IMG/VR virus record: IMGVR_UViG_3300032245_001860
Span: 124,001-188,000 of that record
Reading direction: 5' to 3' (one strand)
DNA: 64,000 bases
Shown here in pieces: positions 1 to 9,071 of this stretch (position 1 is the stretch's first letter; the number at the start of each line of letters is the position of its first letter). Position numbers and translations under genes: made by a program. A model generated the notes under the pieces. It was not told the origin of the DNA. It searched no databases and worked only from the letters and a program-made list of their open reading frames with translations.

Positions 1-83
1 TAGGCAATTACAGGTACTACGATATGGATATGACAATAGGTAACGCATTAGCTACAGTAAAAAAAGAATTTGCAGGAAAATAA
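1..83 (+). CDS. glf: UDP-galactopyranose mutase, C-terminal fragment (gene runs off the left edge)
   Basis: Frame starting at nt 3 reads GNYRYYDMDMTIGNALATVKKEFAGK*, matching the conserved Glf C-terminal motif GRLxxYxYxDMDxxIxxAL. Not in the ORF track. Confidence 0.75.
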   Translation, partial: GNYRYYDMDMTIGNALATVKKEFAGK

Positions 84-169
84 TATAACGAATGCAAAAA
101 ACATATTATGTCTGTCTCTTCAATGAACCTAAAAATAAAAGAAGACAAATATTTTAATGGAACAATATA

Positions 170-622
170 ATGCCACAAAAAATATCTTCAGAAATTAACA
201 ATCTAATTAAAAAAGCAAAAATTTTAGATTCATTAGGAAAATTTAAAGAGTCAGATAATATTTTTGTAAAGTTATCCCAATATTACGTAGAGCAATCAGT
301 CACCAAAGTTCCATCTGTTCAATATTTTGAAATGGATGAAATTGCTGATGAGTACGAAGAAAATGAAAAAAACTATCGTACTAAAAAACCCAATCTTCGT
401 GTCCCTCAATATTTTGATTTAGGTGTTGGTGAAGATGAAGAAAACTTAGAGGGTAAACTCAACGGTCCTGATAGTGTTCCTGGTCCTGCTTATATAGACC
501 CAGGTAATCTTGCCTCAAGCCCATCAATGGCTGGAGATGTTGATTGCTTTACTTGGGAAGAAACTTACGAAAAGAATGTTGATGAAGGCAATGGATGGAA
601 AAATAGAATTCCATTGAGATAG
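170..622 (+). CDS. Hypothetical head-associated protein
   Basis: 150-aa ORF. N-terminal helix LIKKAKILDSLGKFKESDNIFVKLSQ followed by an acidic, Pro-rich region. Lies in the head gene block. Confidence 0.6.
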   Translation: MPQKISSEINNLIKKAKILDSLGKFKESDNIFVKLSQYYVEQSVTKVPSVQYFEMDEIADEYEENEKNYRTKKPNLRVPQYFDLGVGEDEENLEGKLNGPDSVPGPAYIDPGNLASSPSMAGDVDCFTWEETYEKNVDEGNGWKNRIPLR

Positions 623-630
623 GAGAAATT

Positions 631-1122
631 ATGCCAATTCCAATTAAACCAGTTCATTCATTAGATTTGCATGCTGAAATTTTTGATTCACCCTCAATGG
701 AAGGCTTAGGACTGTCAGACATCCAAATCCAACTTTTGGGTATGACCGCAGCACCTAAAAAAGAAGCATCTGTAAAATTAAGCGAAAGATACATTTCTAT
801 GCTTAAGGATATTGATAAAAACATTAACGAAGTTGTTACTGCTGCAAATGCTGCTGTTAATAACAAAGATGGAAAAGTTTGCACAGTTCCAGGTGAAATC
901 TCAGACAATGATCTTTTAGCACTTAAAACTGCAGGATTGATCAGTGGTTATGGCAGATCTGTTTCCTTGACAGATAAAGCAAAATTAGCTTTGAGAGATT
1001 TTTATCTTAGCACAGATACAACTAATGAATTCAGAAAATCAAGAACAAAAGAAAAATTTGATTTAAATGAAGCAAGAACAGTGAAGGTTTCAAACACAAA
1101 ATTTATACGTGTTGCAACTTGA
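631..1122 (+). CDS. Hypothetical protein, possibly read through into the downstream DUF192 domain
   Basis: SD AGGAG upstream; 163 aa; ends KFIRVAT-TGA, with the frame staying open to 1506. Confidence 0.7.
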   Translation: MPIPIKPVHSLDLHAEIFDSPSMEGLGLSDIQIQLLGMTAAPKKEASVKLSERYISMLKDIDKNINEVVTAANAAVNNKDGKVCTVPGEISDNDLLALKTAGLISGYGRSVSLTDKAKLALRDFYLSTDTTNEFRKSRTKEKFDLNEARTVKVSNTKFIRVAT

Positions 1123-1506
1123 CTGAGCAAATCTGACGAACTGGATGTTCGCTTTATAGCAAAAGATGATCATTCAAGGGCAAAAGGCTTAATGCATGCA
1201 AAGCCCTTAAATGAACTTGAAGTAGCATATTTTATATTTCCAACAGAAGATTGTCATTCATTTTGGAATAAAAATGTAGATTTTTCATTAACTTTAGCTT
1301 TTTTAGATAAAGATAATGAGATTGTTGATTTCAAAGACTTAGAAAAGCAAAGTCCTAAACTTGTTAGCCCAGATTCAAACAGAGTTAAATTTGTTGTAGA
1401 AGCTAATAAAGGATTATTCGAAAAACTTGGAATTAAAACTGGGGATAAGCTTATCCTTAAAAATAATAAACTTATAGTTGAAAAAAACCACAAAACAAAA
1501 CCTTAA
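1123..1506 (+). CDS. DUF192-family protein (ORF track starts it at 1192; homology extends back to 1123)
   Basis: Motifs RFIAKDDHSRAKGLM, FIF, SFWNKNVDFSLTLAFLD, VVEANKG and GIKTGDKL match DUF192. The RxxGLM motif starts upstream of the first ATG. Confidence 0.75.
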   Translation: MSKSDELDVRFIAKDDHSRAKGLMHAKPLNELEVAYFIFPTEDCHSFWNKNVDFSLTLAFLDKDNEIVDFKDLEKQSPKLVSPDSNRVKFVVEANKGLFEKLGIKTGDKLILKNNKLIVEKNHKTKP

Positions 1507-1531
1507 AGGAAATTGAGCCTTTTTTTTAGAA
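1507..1531 (+). promoter_or_regulatory. Putative phage late promoter AGG-N17-TAGAA
   Basis: AGG 1507-1509 and TAGAA 1527-1531. The same spacing recurs upstream of other structural genes. Confidence 0.55.
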
Positions 1532-1596
1532 GGTTTTAATAAACCCCGACTATGTATTTAGGGTGCTGTTTGAAATCTTGAGGAGAAAAAATAATT

Positions 1597-2604
1597 ATGG
1601 CTGATAGAATTTTCCCAAACAGATATCAAGAGGAACCTCTTGATTCTGACTTGGTCTACCAAGCAATTAACTGGGATAACTTTAACACCAAACTCGCAGA
1701 AGTTCAAAATGGTGTCAACGTACCAGAACTTCCAGCTGAGTTCAAAGAAGTTCTTGCTAAAAAGAAATCTGAAGACATGCCAGAAGAAGTTGAAGAAATG
1801 TTCAAAAACAAGAACAAAAGAGATGATGCAGATGCTGATGATCTTTCTGATGTTCCTGAGCAACTTCGTGAATTTGTAAAGAAGAAGCAAGACAAATCTA
1901 AGGGCAAGAAGTCCGAAGTAAAAGATGAAGAAGTCAAACCAGTTGAAACTGAAGAAGCTGGTTGGAAAAATGGCAAAAATATGAAGAAAGCTAATACTTT
2001 AGTTTTCAATCATCCTTCACAATTGTCAGCAGAAGCAGTAGAAGCTGCTATTGCAGAAGGTAATCAAGAATTAGCAAATGCTATTCTTGCTGCAAGACAT
2101 GAAAGAAGAGTCAGATTAGCTGGCAAGATTGAAACAAGAATTGCAGAAGAAACTGATAGATCTGTCAAGCTTGCGCAAAGAAGAGCTTACAGAGAAAATT
2201 TAGTTAAGATGGCAGCACAAGAAACTAAGAGTGTCAAGACTGCTAATACTGCCAAGAAGACTGAAACAGCAACAGAAGATGGTTTTGTTAAGGTTTCTAA
2301 TCTTGACAATTCTGCTAAGAAAGCTTTCGCATCTAAGGCCATTGCACAAGGTTTCCCAAAAGAATATGTTGATGCTATTTTAGGTGAATCACAGCCAGTT
2401 GTTGACAATACATCAGAAATCAGAAATGTCATGGCATCTGAATTATCTGAGAATGTAAAGAAAGCAGCTGTTTCTTCAATGGTCAAAGTTGCAACCCTTA
2501 CAGACGCTGATTATTCCAGAATTATTGATTACTGGAAGAATGAGCTTGGTTATGGCGATCAAGAGTGGATCGACGCACTCTTTACCAAAAAGTACGATAA
2601 GTAA
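1597..2604 (+). CDS. Head-associated/scaffold-like protein
   Basis: SD GAGGAG; 335 aa, charged and helical; three short P-x-x-hydrophobic-...-KK repeats; C-terminal DYWKNELGYG motif. Confidence 0.6.
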   Translation: MADRIFPNRYQEEPLDSDLVYQAINWDNFNTKLAEVQNGVNVPELPAEFKEVLAKKKSEDMPEEVEEMFKNKNKRDDADADDLSDVPEQLREFVKKKQDKSKGKKSEVKDEEVKPVETEEAGWKNGKNMKKANTLVFNHPSQLSAEAVEAAIAEGNQELANAILAARHERRVRLAGKIETRIAEETDRSVKLAQRRAYRENLVKMAAQETKSVKTANTAKKTETATEDGFVKVSNLDNSAKKAFASKAIAQGFPKEYVDAILGESQPVVDNTSEIRNVMASELSENVKKAAVSSMVKVATLTDADYSRIIDYWKNELGYGDQEWIDALFTKKYDK

Positions 2605-2618
2605 TTCCTCAAGATTAA

Positions 2619-2647
2619 TATCCCAGGAGGTTTATCCTCCTGGGATA
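2619..2647. terminator. Intergenic 12-bp perfect hairpin (terminator or RNA-processing site)
   Basis: TATCCCAGGAGG-TTTAT-CCTCCTGGGATA; no clear U-tract on the + strand. Confidence 0.55.
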
Positions 2648-2681
2648 AAATTGTAGGAAATAAATATCCAGGGAAATAAAA

Positions 2682-3497
2682 ATGAGTAAATTCAGAAGAG
2701 TACAAGAAACCGAAAACATACCAAATTTTATCACTAATAAATTTGTTGGTGCTTCTGTTGATATCGAAGAAGATCCGTATGCTGAACTTAAGAAAAATTC
2801 AACAGAAAATAGAATTAAGATTTCTAAACAACAAATTGGTATGACTAAGGAAGCTGCAAGTGTAAACAAACCTTGGGAAAAGATCTCTGGTGCATCAATG
2901 TACGATGATCTTCGCCCACAATCATTTGAAGAAAGACTTGCAAATCTTGAAGTTGGAGCTATCAGAAGATCTGATTATGCTTATGACGATGGTGATAATA
3001 CCAGAACTACAACAAGTGGCCTTAAAGCATTTTCAAGTGAAGATTATATGAATGCTATGCTATCAAGATCAGCTTCTATTTTTAATCCAGATATGATTGC
3101 AATATCTGAAGAATTTCTCAGTAGTCAAGAAACAACATCATCTCAAGCAGTTTTAGAACAATCTACAAGAAGAGAAGCAAAAGCATCAAAACATCAAGCT
3201 TGGGAAGAAAAGAATTTAGGAACTCTTAGACAATCTAAAGTTGTCACATCAAGAGCAAATTCAATCTTAAGAACTTCTGCTGAATCAGAATACAATTCTC
3301 AATTTGGAATGATCGACCCAAGTCAATTAGATCAAAGAGAATCAATGAGAGTTGCTAATCAAGAAAAGATTAGAGAACAAAGATTAGCTATTAAGAAAAA
3401 CTTTGATGAAGAAATTTTAAGAAATTCTCAACAAAGACCAAAGACATTATCAGAAATTTACAACAGCATTAATTTGGATTTTGAAGATTTAGATTAA
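2682..3497 (+). CDS. Hypothetical head-region protein
   Basis: 271-aa ORF, SD GGGA, tightly packed with the next gene. Confidence 0.65.
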   Translation: MSKFRRVQETENIPNFITNKFVGASVDIEEDPYAELKKNSTENRIKISKQQIGMTKEAASVNKPWEKISGASMYDDLRPQSFEERLANLEVGAIRRSDYAYDDGDNTRTTTSGLKAFSSEDYMNAMLSRSASIFNPDMIAISEEFLSSQETTSSQAVLEQSTRREAKASKHQAWEEKNLGTLRQSKVVTSRANSILRTSAESEYNSQFGMIDPSQLDQRESMRVANQEKIREQRLAIKKNFDEEILRNSQQRPKTLSEIYNSINLDFEDLD

Positions 3498-3498
3498 T

Positions 3499-4407
3499 AT
3501 GGAAAAGTTATCAAATATGCCAATTGGATCTAATCCAGCTACAGCACCTGAAGGAGCAATTAATAATCAATTGAATGCGCCAGCTGCTGGAATAACTCCT
3601 AAACAACTAAAAGATTTCTTGAACAAGCTTATCAGATACGGTAATAGGCCACCTAAAGAACTTTTAGAAGAATTAGGCAATTTGTCAACTTCAGATAAAA
3701 TTAAAAGCGACAAAATCAAAGATGAATTAAGAAAAATTGGCAATGCTTACACTCATGGTGGTATTGAAACAAAAGACCCATTAAGTGGAAAAAAAGATCC
3801 TACTGGCCACACATTAGCCAAAAGATTATTAGAAAAATTGCCAGGTTTAAGTCAAACCAATCAACATCAAAGATCTATAGAGGGAACAAACGTGTACAAC
3901 AACAGAATTGCACAAACTGTCAAAAAGAAGAAAAAGACAAGAGGAAATCCTTTCAGAGTTTTAATGGGTAAAGTTGGAAAATTGCTTGACCATGGTGTTG
4001 AAAAAAATGACATAGTTCGTTATCTTGCTAAATTGAAATATTGGAACAATGAAACTATAGAAAGAGCAGTAGATATTGTCAGAGATTATAATAAAAAGAA
4101 AAAGAAAGATACTGACAAATTCAAAGAAACAACCGAAAAAGAGGCTTCATCAAACACAAGAACTGTCGTAGCTGCCCTGGATTATGACAGAGAACCTGAT
4201 TTTCACAAAAAGTCAACAGGTGAACTTATTTACAGAGCTTGTTTCTTATTAGATGTTTTAGAAACTGACAAAGAAACTGTTCAACCATTAGATAAACCTA
4301 CTGTTGGCAAAAAAGAAGCCAAGGCAGAATTAGCACTTGTTAAAAAGGCACTTGTTGATAGAGGTTTAGATCAAGAAGAACTTTTACTTTTGGGTATAGG
4401 AAAATAA
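3499..4407 (+). CDS. Hypothetical head-region protein
   Basis: 302-aa ORF with basic patches, 1-nt gaps to neighbouring genes. Confidence 0.65.
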   Translation: MEKLSNMPIGSNPATAPEGAINNQLNAPAAGITPKQLKDFLNKLIRYGNRPPKELLEELGNLSTSDKIKSDKIKDELRKIGNAYTHGGIETKDPLSGKKDPTGHTLAKRLLEKLPGLSQTNQHQRSIEGTNVYNNRIAQTVKKKKKTRGNPFRVLMGKVGKLLDHGVEKNDIVRYLAKLKYWNNETIERAVDIVRDYNKKKKKDTDKFKETTEKEASSNTRTVVAALDYDREPDFHKKSTGELIYRACFLLDVLETDKETVQPLDKPTVGKKEAKAELALVKKALVDRGLDQEELLLLGIGK

Positions 4408-4408
4408 A

Positions 4409-6049
4409 ATGAGCGATAAATACAAAGTAAAAATACATACTCATAATCCAGAAGTTGCAGAAAAATTAGTTAATGGAACTGGCTTATTTCACATGCTCCA
4501 TGACACCATTGCTGGTCTTGGAAAACAATTAAATGAAAAAAGATTTATGCCAGCAGATTCCCCATTTTTTGCACTTACAAAATCTGATTTTGATATAGAT
4601 GACCCAATAGTTTCAAAGTTTTTTGACAATGGTGGTTTAGATAATGCTGTCAAAATTATCAAACTTCAACCCTCAGAAGCACATGGAAAAATGGTTGAGT
4701 GTTACAATGATCTTTACTCTTTCAGAACCGCTTTTGTAGCTAACAATTTACGTAAAGCCTATAATGCTTTACAAAATGCTATTGATTCTACTAATGATGC
4801 AGTTAGATTGGAAAGAATAGCAAATAAAGTTCAACAAAAATCTTCAGGTTATTGGCAAATTGAATCCTTAAATGCAATTGATGAAAGTTTAAAATTAGCA
4901 AATAGTTCTGAAACTAAAACATTAACATATGCCAGAGATTTAGTTTTATCTGGTGACAAAGACTTTTTTACAACTGCTTCAAAATTAGTAAAAAGTATTT
5001 TTGCTGAAGCATATCCAAAGGCTAATACAAGAGTCGCTTACACAACCTTAAGCACACAAGATAATGAACCTTTCTTAATGTGTCCAAAGGGCATTTATCA
5101 AGGCAAACATACTGTACCTATGGAAATCAGCAAATGTAGAGAAAACTGCATTGATTCAAGGGTAAGTAAAGACGGTGTAGTAACTTGTGCTTATCAAGAT
5201 TGGTTGAAAGTTGCATTCGAACCACATGATAAAGTTATGGCAAGATTATACGTCCATAGACATCCTGACAATGATGAAAATCCAATGGAAATTGCTGAGG
5301 GCGAAAGAGGTCATAAACTCAAGGATACAGATTTTGGATATGAAGCAAGATTTGATCATTCTGACCGTGGAGCTAATAAGTTAAGAGGAAAACAAAATCT
5401 TACAGAATCAAGAGAAAAACAACTTGATGATCTCAAATCCACTTCTTATGGTCATACTCGTGAAGATGAACCAAGAAAGAGACCTAAGCAAGCTCAAACT
5501 AATTCTACAAAAGTTATTGAAGATCAATTGCCAAGAAAACAACAAAAAGGTGATCATTTCTTAGAAGCTTTGCTAAATAAACTTAATAGAACAGAATCTG
5601 TTACTGATGAAGTTAGAGAAACTCAATTAGATGATAAGGGTCTTTACAATCACAGAGGCGAGATGGAAGAATCTTACCCTGTTCAATTAGAAAACAGAAA
5701 ACAAGAAAATGTAGATTATAAGGCTGAATTGAACAAAGATTTTGACGAGCCTGAAGAATCTGTTGCTCATTTGTTGAACAAGACTGCAAATAAGAAAGAT
5801 ACCACTCTTAATGGTGAACTTGATGAATCAAGAAGATACATCAAGACAGATGACACAAAAGAAATGCAGTTGAAAGAAAGAAGAACTATCAAGAAAGATG
5901 CTGATATTGATAAAAATATTGAATCTCTTTTAGACGAAGATGATGATTACCATCAATTTTCTGATGAAGACCTAAAGCATTTTGCTCATGAATTAGGGTT
6001 GGACAGCTATCTTGAAGATTCAAGAACTGACAACGATATAGAGTCTTAA
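4409..6049 (+). CDS. Head-region protein with a Cys cluster and repeated E-x-Q-L motifs
   Basis: 546 aa; CPKG...CRENC...CAY cluster; C-terminal repeats REKQLDD, IEDQLPR, RETQLDD, PVQLENR, EMQLKER. Confidence 0.65.
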   Translation: MSDKYKVKIHTHNPEVAEKLVNGTGLFHMLHDTIAGLGKQLNEKRFMPADSPFFALTKSDFDIDDPIVSKFFDNGGLDNAVKIIKLQPSEAHGKMVECYNDLYSFRTAFVANNLRKAYNALQNAIDSTNDAVRLERIANKVQQKSSGYWQIESLNAIDESLKLANSSETKTLTYARDLVLSGDKDFFTTASKLVKSIFAEAYPKANTRVAYTTLSTQDNEPFLMCPKGIYQGKHTVPMEISKCRENCIDSRVSKDGVVTCAYQDWLKVAFEPHDKVMARLYVHRHPDNDENPMEIAEGERGHKLKDTDFGYEARFDHSDRGANKLRGKQNLTESREKQLDDLKSTSYGHTREDEPRKRPKQAQTNSTKVIEDQLPRKQQKGDHFLEALLNKLNRTESVTDEVRETQLDDKGLYNHRGEMEESYPVQLENRKQENVDYKAELNKDFDEPEESVAHLLNKTANKKDTTLNGELDESRRYIKTDDTKEMQLKERRTIKKDADIDKNIESLLDEDDDYHQFSDEDLKHFAHELGLDSYLEDSRTDNDIES

Positions 6050-6050
6050 T

Positions 6051-6566
6051 ATGTGGTACAGAAAAGTTTTAGCATCATTGCCTGGACTATCTAATGCAGC
6101 AGGGCAAAATAAATCAATTTTAGATCAAGAAATTCAAGGCTTAAATGTTAGTGCAGAGCAATTATATCCTGAGCTTGAAGAAATGCTCAAAGAAATGAAT
6201 TTTGAACCTAAAGAATATGAAAAACTTCCTGATCATGCCAGAAGAAATATTTGGGATATCATAGTTCATAAGTACGACACTAATCTATATAACAATTTTG
6301 AAGATTCTGATACTCCAGGATTTGATGCTACTGAAGCAAGAAGACATTCACCTTACCATAGCAATCCATCTGAAACACCTATTGAAGAGCAGTTGGAAGC
6401 TACAAGACATGAAACTGTTGACCGTGAGCCAAACAATATGCTTCAAGCAGAAAAAGGCAATGGCGGTATGACTATGTTCAACGGAAAAGGTGTTTCACAG
6501 TATGCTTCTGGTAAGGGTGCAAGAATGTTCTATGACAATCTCCCTTCTAATCAGACATTGGTATAA
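6051..6566 (+). CDS. Hypothetical protein with an MWYRKVLA leader
   Basis: 171 aa, immediately upstream of the portal; contains IEEQLEATR. Confidence 0.65.
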   Translation: MWYRKVLASLPGLSNAAGQNKSILDQEIQGLNVSAEQLYPELEEMLKEMNFEPKEYEKLPDHARRNIWDIIVHKYDTNLYNNFEDSDTPGFDATEARRHSPYHSNPSETPIEEQLEATRHETVDREPNNMLQAEKGNGGMTMFNGKGVSQYASGKGARMFYDNLPSNQTLV

Positions 6567-6567
6567 T
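6559..6567 (+). promoter_or_regulatory. Extended -10 promoter (TGnTATAAT), probably giving a leaderless portal mRNA
   Basis: TGGTATAAT ends 7 nt before ATG 6575; no SD sequence present. Confidence 0.45.
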
Positions 6568-6574
6568 ATATGTT

Positions 6575-8917
6575 ATGGCAACAAGAAACTCATTGGCATC
6601 AGCAATCAGAACATCAGCATATTCTGTCACTGGTGAATCTGCAAAAGGGTCTGGATTCAATCAAGATCGAAACTATGCAAACAGTAGAATAAATCCTGGT
6701 TTGGGACCGAGTGTCAGACAGGCTCAGTCTATGAACACTGTAACCACTTCTCCAAACTTTTATTCTCCGTTCCTTACCCCTTCATCATTTCAAATCCCAA
6801 ATGCACGAAGAGAAGTTTATCTTTGGGCTAACTGGTGGGTAAATAATGAGCCGAAAGTTGCTGCAGCCATTAACTTCTACACAAACTTTCCATTTTCAGG
6901 TTGGGAATTAGAATGTTCTTCTACATATGTAAAAGACTATTTTGAAAAACTTGTTGAAAAGTTAAACTTCCAAAAATGGCTTCCTCAAATTGCGCACACC
7001 TATTATCTTTTAGGTGATTCTTTTGTTCTTTTATCAATTGAATGCGAGCACTGTAATGGTAGCGGTTGGAATGAAAAGAAGAACGAAGACTGTACTCATG
7101 ATGGTGCGTCTTGGAAATCTATTTCTATCTTAAATCCTGACAGTGTGTTAAAAACCCCAGGAATGCTTGATCAAGAAGGCACTTATGTTTACAGACCAAG
7201 TGCAGAAGAAATTAGAGTTGTCAATGAAAGACAACCTAAAGAAATTTATGACTCAATTCCTGATAGTGTAAAAAGAATGATTTTGAAGGGTGATCCAATC
7301 AAGCTCAATCCTTTATCGATTCACCACTTTAAGCATGGATCAAATCCTTGGGAAGATTATGGAACGTCATTGATCAGACCATTATTTCCTATTCTCACAT
7401 ATAAGGATAAATTGCGTCAAGCTCAGTTTATGATTGCTGATAGATTAATTCTTCCTATCAAAGTTGTCAAAATTGGTTCTGATACTCGCCCAGCATCACA
7501 AGAAGATATTGATGGCGTACAAGATGAACTTGCTGCACTTGCTTCTGATCCTAACCTGACCCTCGTAACCCACCATAACTTTGACCTTGAATGGTATGGT
7601 GCAAATAGTAAGTTCTATGTTGTTACTCCAGAATTTGAAGAAATTAATTCAGAACTTTTAGATGGCTTGATGCTTTCTAAGGCTTTACTTAATGGTGAAG
7701 GACCAACTTATGGAAATGCACAAGTTGGCCTTATGGCAATGGCTCAAAGATTAGAGACATTCAGAAGAGAAGTAGCTCACTGGATTGAATTGAAAATATT
7801 TAGACCAGTTGCTGAGTGGAATGGATTTGTTGTTGAGGGAGAAAGAGGACAAGAAGAGATTATCTACCCAACAATAAAGTTTAATGATTTGCAACTAAGA
7901 GATGATTCGCAAAAACTTCAGATTATGGCTACTGCAAATCAACAAGGTGTTATTTCAAACACTTCGCTAATTGAAGCTTTTGGACTTGATGTTGACCAAG
8001 AAATTGAAAGACTAAGATTTGAACAAGGCGCAAGTTTTATGAAAGAAGGAAACTTTGGTGTTCCAAGTTTCTCTATGAACTTGCAATCAGGACCCGTCAC
8101 TGGGCAGGGTTTTGCAGGTCAACAAGCAGCTCCAGGCGCAGCTCCTCCTGGTGGAATGATGGGTGGAATGCCTGGGATGGAAGCTGGTGGAATGACACCC
8201 CCTATTGCATCATCAAAAGAAGAAAACTATCGTTTAGCATCTATTGTTATTAATCAACTTTACAATGACGCATTAGAAACAAAGAAAGAGCTTTATGGCA
8301 AAAGATATGCCTCAAAAACAATAAAGTCTGCTGCGCATGAAGGATTTATCCAATCAATTATGCCTGTCACTGGTAGAGGTATCCATGGTCCACTTCCTGA
8401 GAAATATGAAGGATTCAATAAAACATTAAGTCCTGAAATTCTTGGTGGTAGTCTTTGCTCTCCATTAAATATTGAAGCTAAATTCGAATATAGACTTGCA
8501 ATGAGTTCAAATGATGAAAATGTAAGAACAGCTTTCAAGCAAAAACAAGAAATGAATCAGCCAAGCTTATATACATCTATTGAAAAGAAACTTTATGGAT
8601 TGTTACTTTCATTAAACATGCCTTATTCTTTATTTGCTCAATACTCTGCAGGACCAACAGGTGATTACACTTTGGATGCAGCTATTCCACAATTGGGCAT
8701 TGGAATAGAAGCTGACGGAGAAATCTGGCATAATAATTTTGACAAGATTGCTAAAGATAAAAAAAGAGATAGTGAATTAGCAAACAATGGATGGATTATC
8801 TTAAGGTTCACAGACAAAGAATTAAATGATCATCCAAATGATGTCTTGAATGTAATTATGCAAGGTATTAGAAAAAGAACAGGACAATCTAATAGCCCAG
8901 AAGAACAAACATTATAA
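6575..8917 (+). CDS. Portal protein with a C-terminal DUF559/Vsr-like endonuclease domain
   Basis: Portal-like segments (EPKVAAAINFYTNFPF, IHHFKH...YGTSLIRP, LSKALLNGEGPTYGNAQV, RREVAHWIELKIFRPVAEWNGF) and position before protease/scaffold/MCP. C-terminus: SIEKKL...AQY...YTLDAAIP..GIGIEADGEIWH...DKKRD..L..NGWIILRF. Confidence 0.85.
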   Translation: MATRNSLASAIRTSAYSVTGESAKGSGFNQDRNYANSRINPGLGPSVRQAQSMNTVTTSPNFYSPFLTPSSFQIPNARREVYLWANWWVNNEPKVAAAINFYTNFPFSGWELECSSTYVKDYFEKLVEKLNFQKWLPQIAHTYYLLGDSFVLLSIECEHCNGSGWNEKKNEDCTHDGASWKSISILNPDSVLKTPGMLDQEGTYVYRPSAEEIRVVNERQPKEIYDSIPDSVKRMILKGDPIKLNPLSIHHFKHGSNPWEDYGTSLIRPLFPILTYKDKLRQAQFMIADRLILPIKVVKIGSDTRPASQEDIDGVQDELAALASDPNLTLVTHHNFDLEWYGANSKFYVVTPEFEEINSELLDGLMLSKALLNGEGPTYGNAQVGLMAMAQRLETFRREVAHWIELKIFRPVAEWNGFVVEGERGQEEIIYPTIKFNDLQLRDDSQKLQIMATANQQGVISNTSLIEAFGLDVDQEIERLRFEQGASFMKEGNFGVPSFSMNLQSGPVTGQGFAGQQAAPGAAPPGGMMGGMPGMEAGGMTPPIASSKEENYRLASIVINQLYNDALETKKELYGKRYASKTIKSAAHEGFIQSIMPVTGRGIHGPLPEKYEGFNKTLSPEILGGSLCSPLNIEAKFEYRLAMSSNDENVRTAFKQKQEMNQPSLYTSIEKKLYGLLLSLNMPYSLFAQYSAGPTGDYTLDAAIPQLGIGIEADGEIWHNNFDKIAKDKKRDSELANNGWIILRFTDKELNDHPNDVLNVIMQGIRKRTGQSNSPEEQTL

Positions 8918-8949
8918 GTAGAAATACTTTATAAATTTAGTATATTCGA

Positions 8950-8980
8950 AAAACCCGTCGAATCCGACGGGTTTTGTTTT
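8950..8980 (+). terminator. Rho-independent terminator, potentially bidirectional
   Basis: AAAACCCGTCG-AATC-CGACGGGTTTT followed by GTTTT. Confidence 0.8.
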
Positions 8981-8982
8981 GT

Positions 8983-9007
8983 AGGTTTTTAAGGCTTTAA
9001 TGCAGAA
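8983..9007 (+). promoter_or_regulatory. Putative late promoter AGG-N17-CAGAA
   Basis: Directly after the terminator and upstream of the protease gene. Confidence 0.55.
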
Positions 9008-9071
9008 CTATTTTTATTAGCCTCCATCCATTTATAAGGTGGATATGGATTGAAAAGTAAGGAAAAGTGTA

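Noticed and set aside
1120-1122. Genome-wide stop-codon reassignment (alternative genetic code)
   Set aside because: TGA ends several genes in ATGA overlaps (18077, 18400, 20940), TAG ends ORF 170-622, and long ORFs are intact under the standard code; only one site looks read through.
9021-9050. Structured regulatory RNA in the protease 5' UTR
   Set aside because: Only an imperfect TCCATCCA/TGGATATGGA pairing; too weak to call without covariation data.
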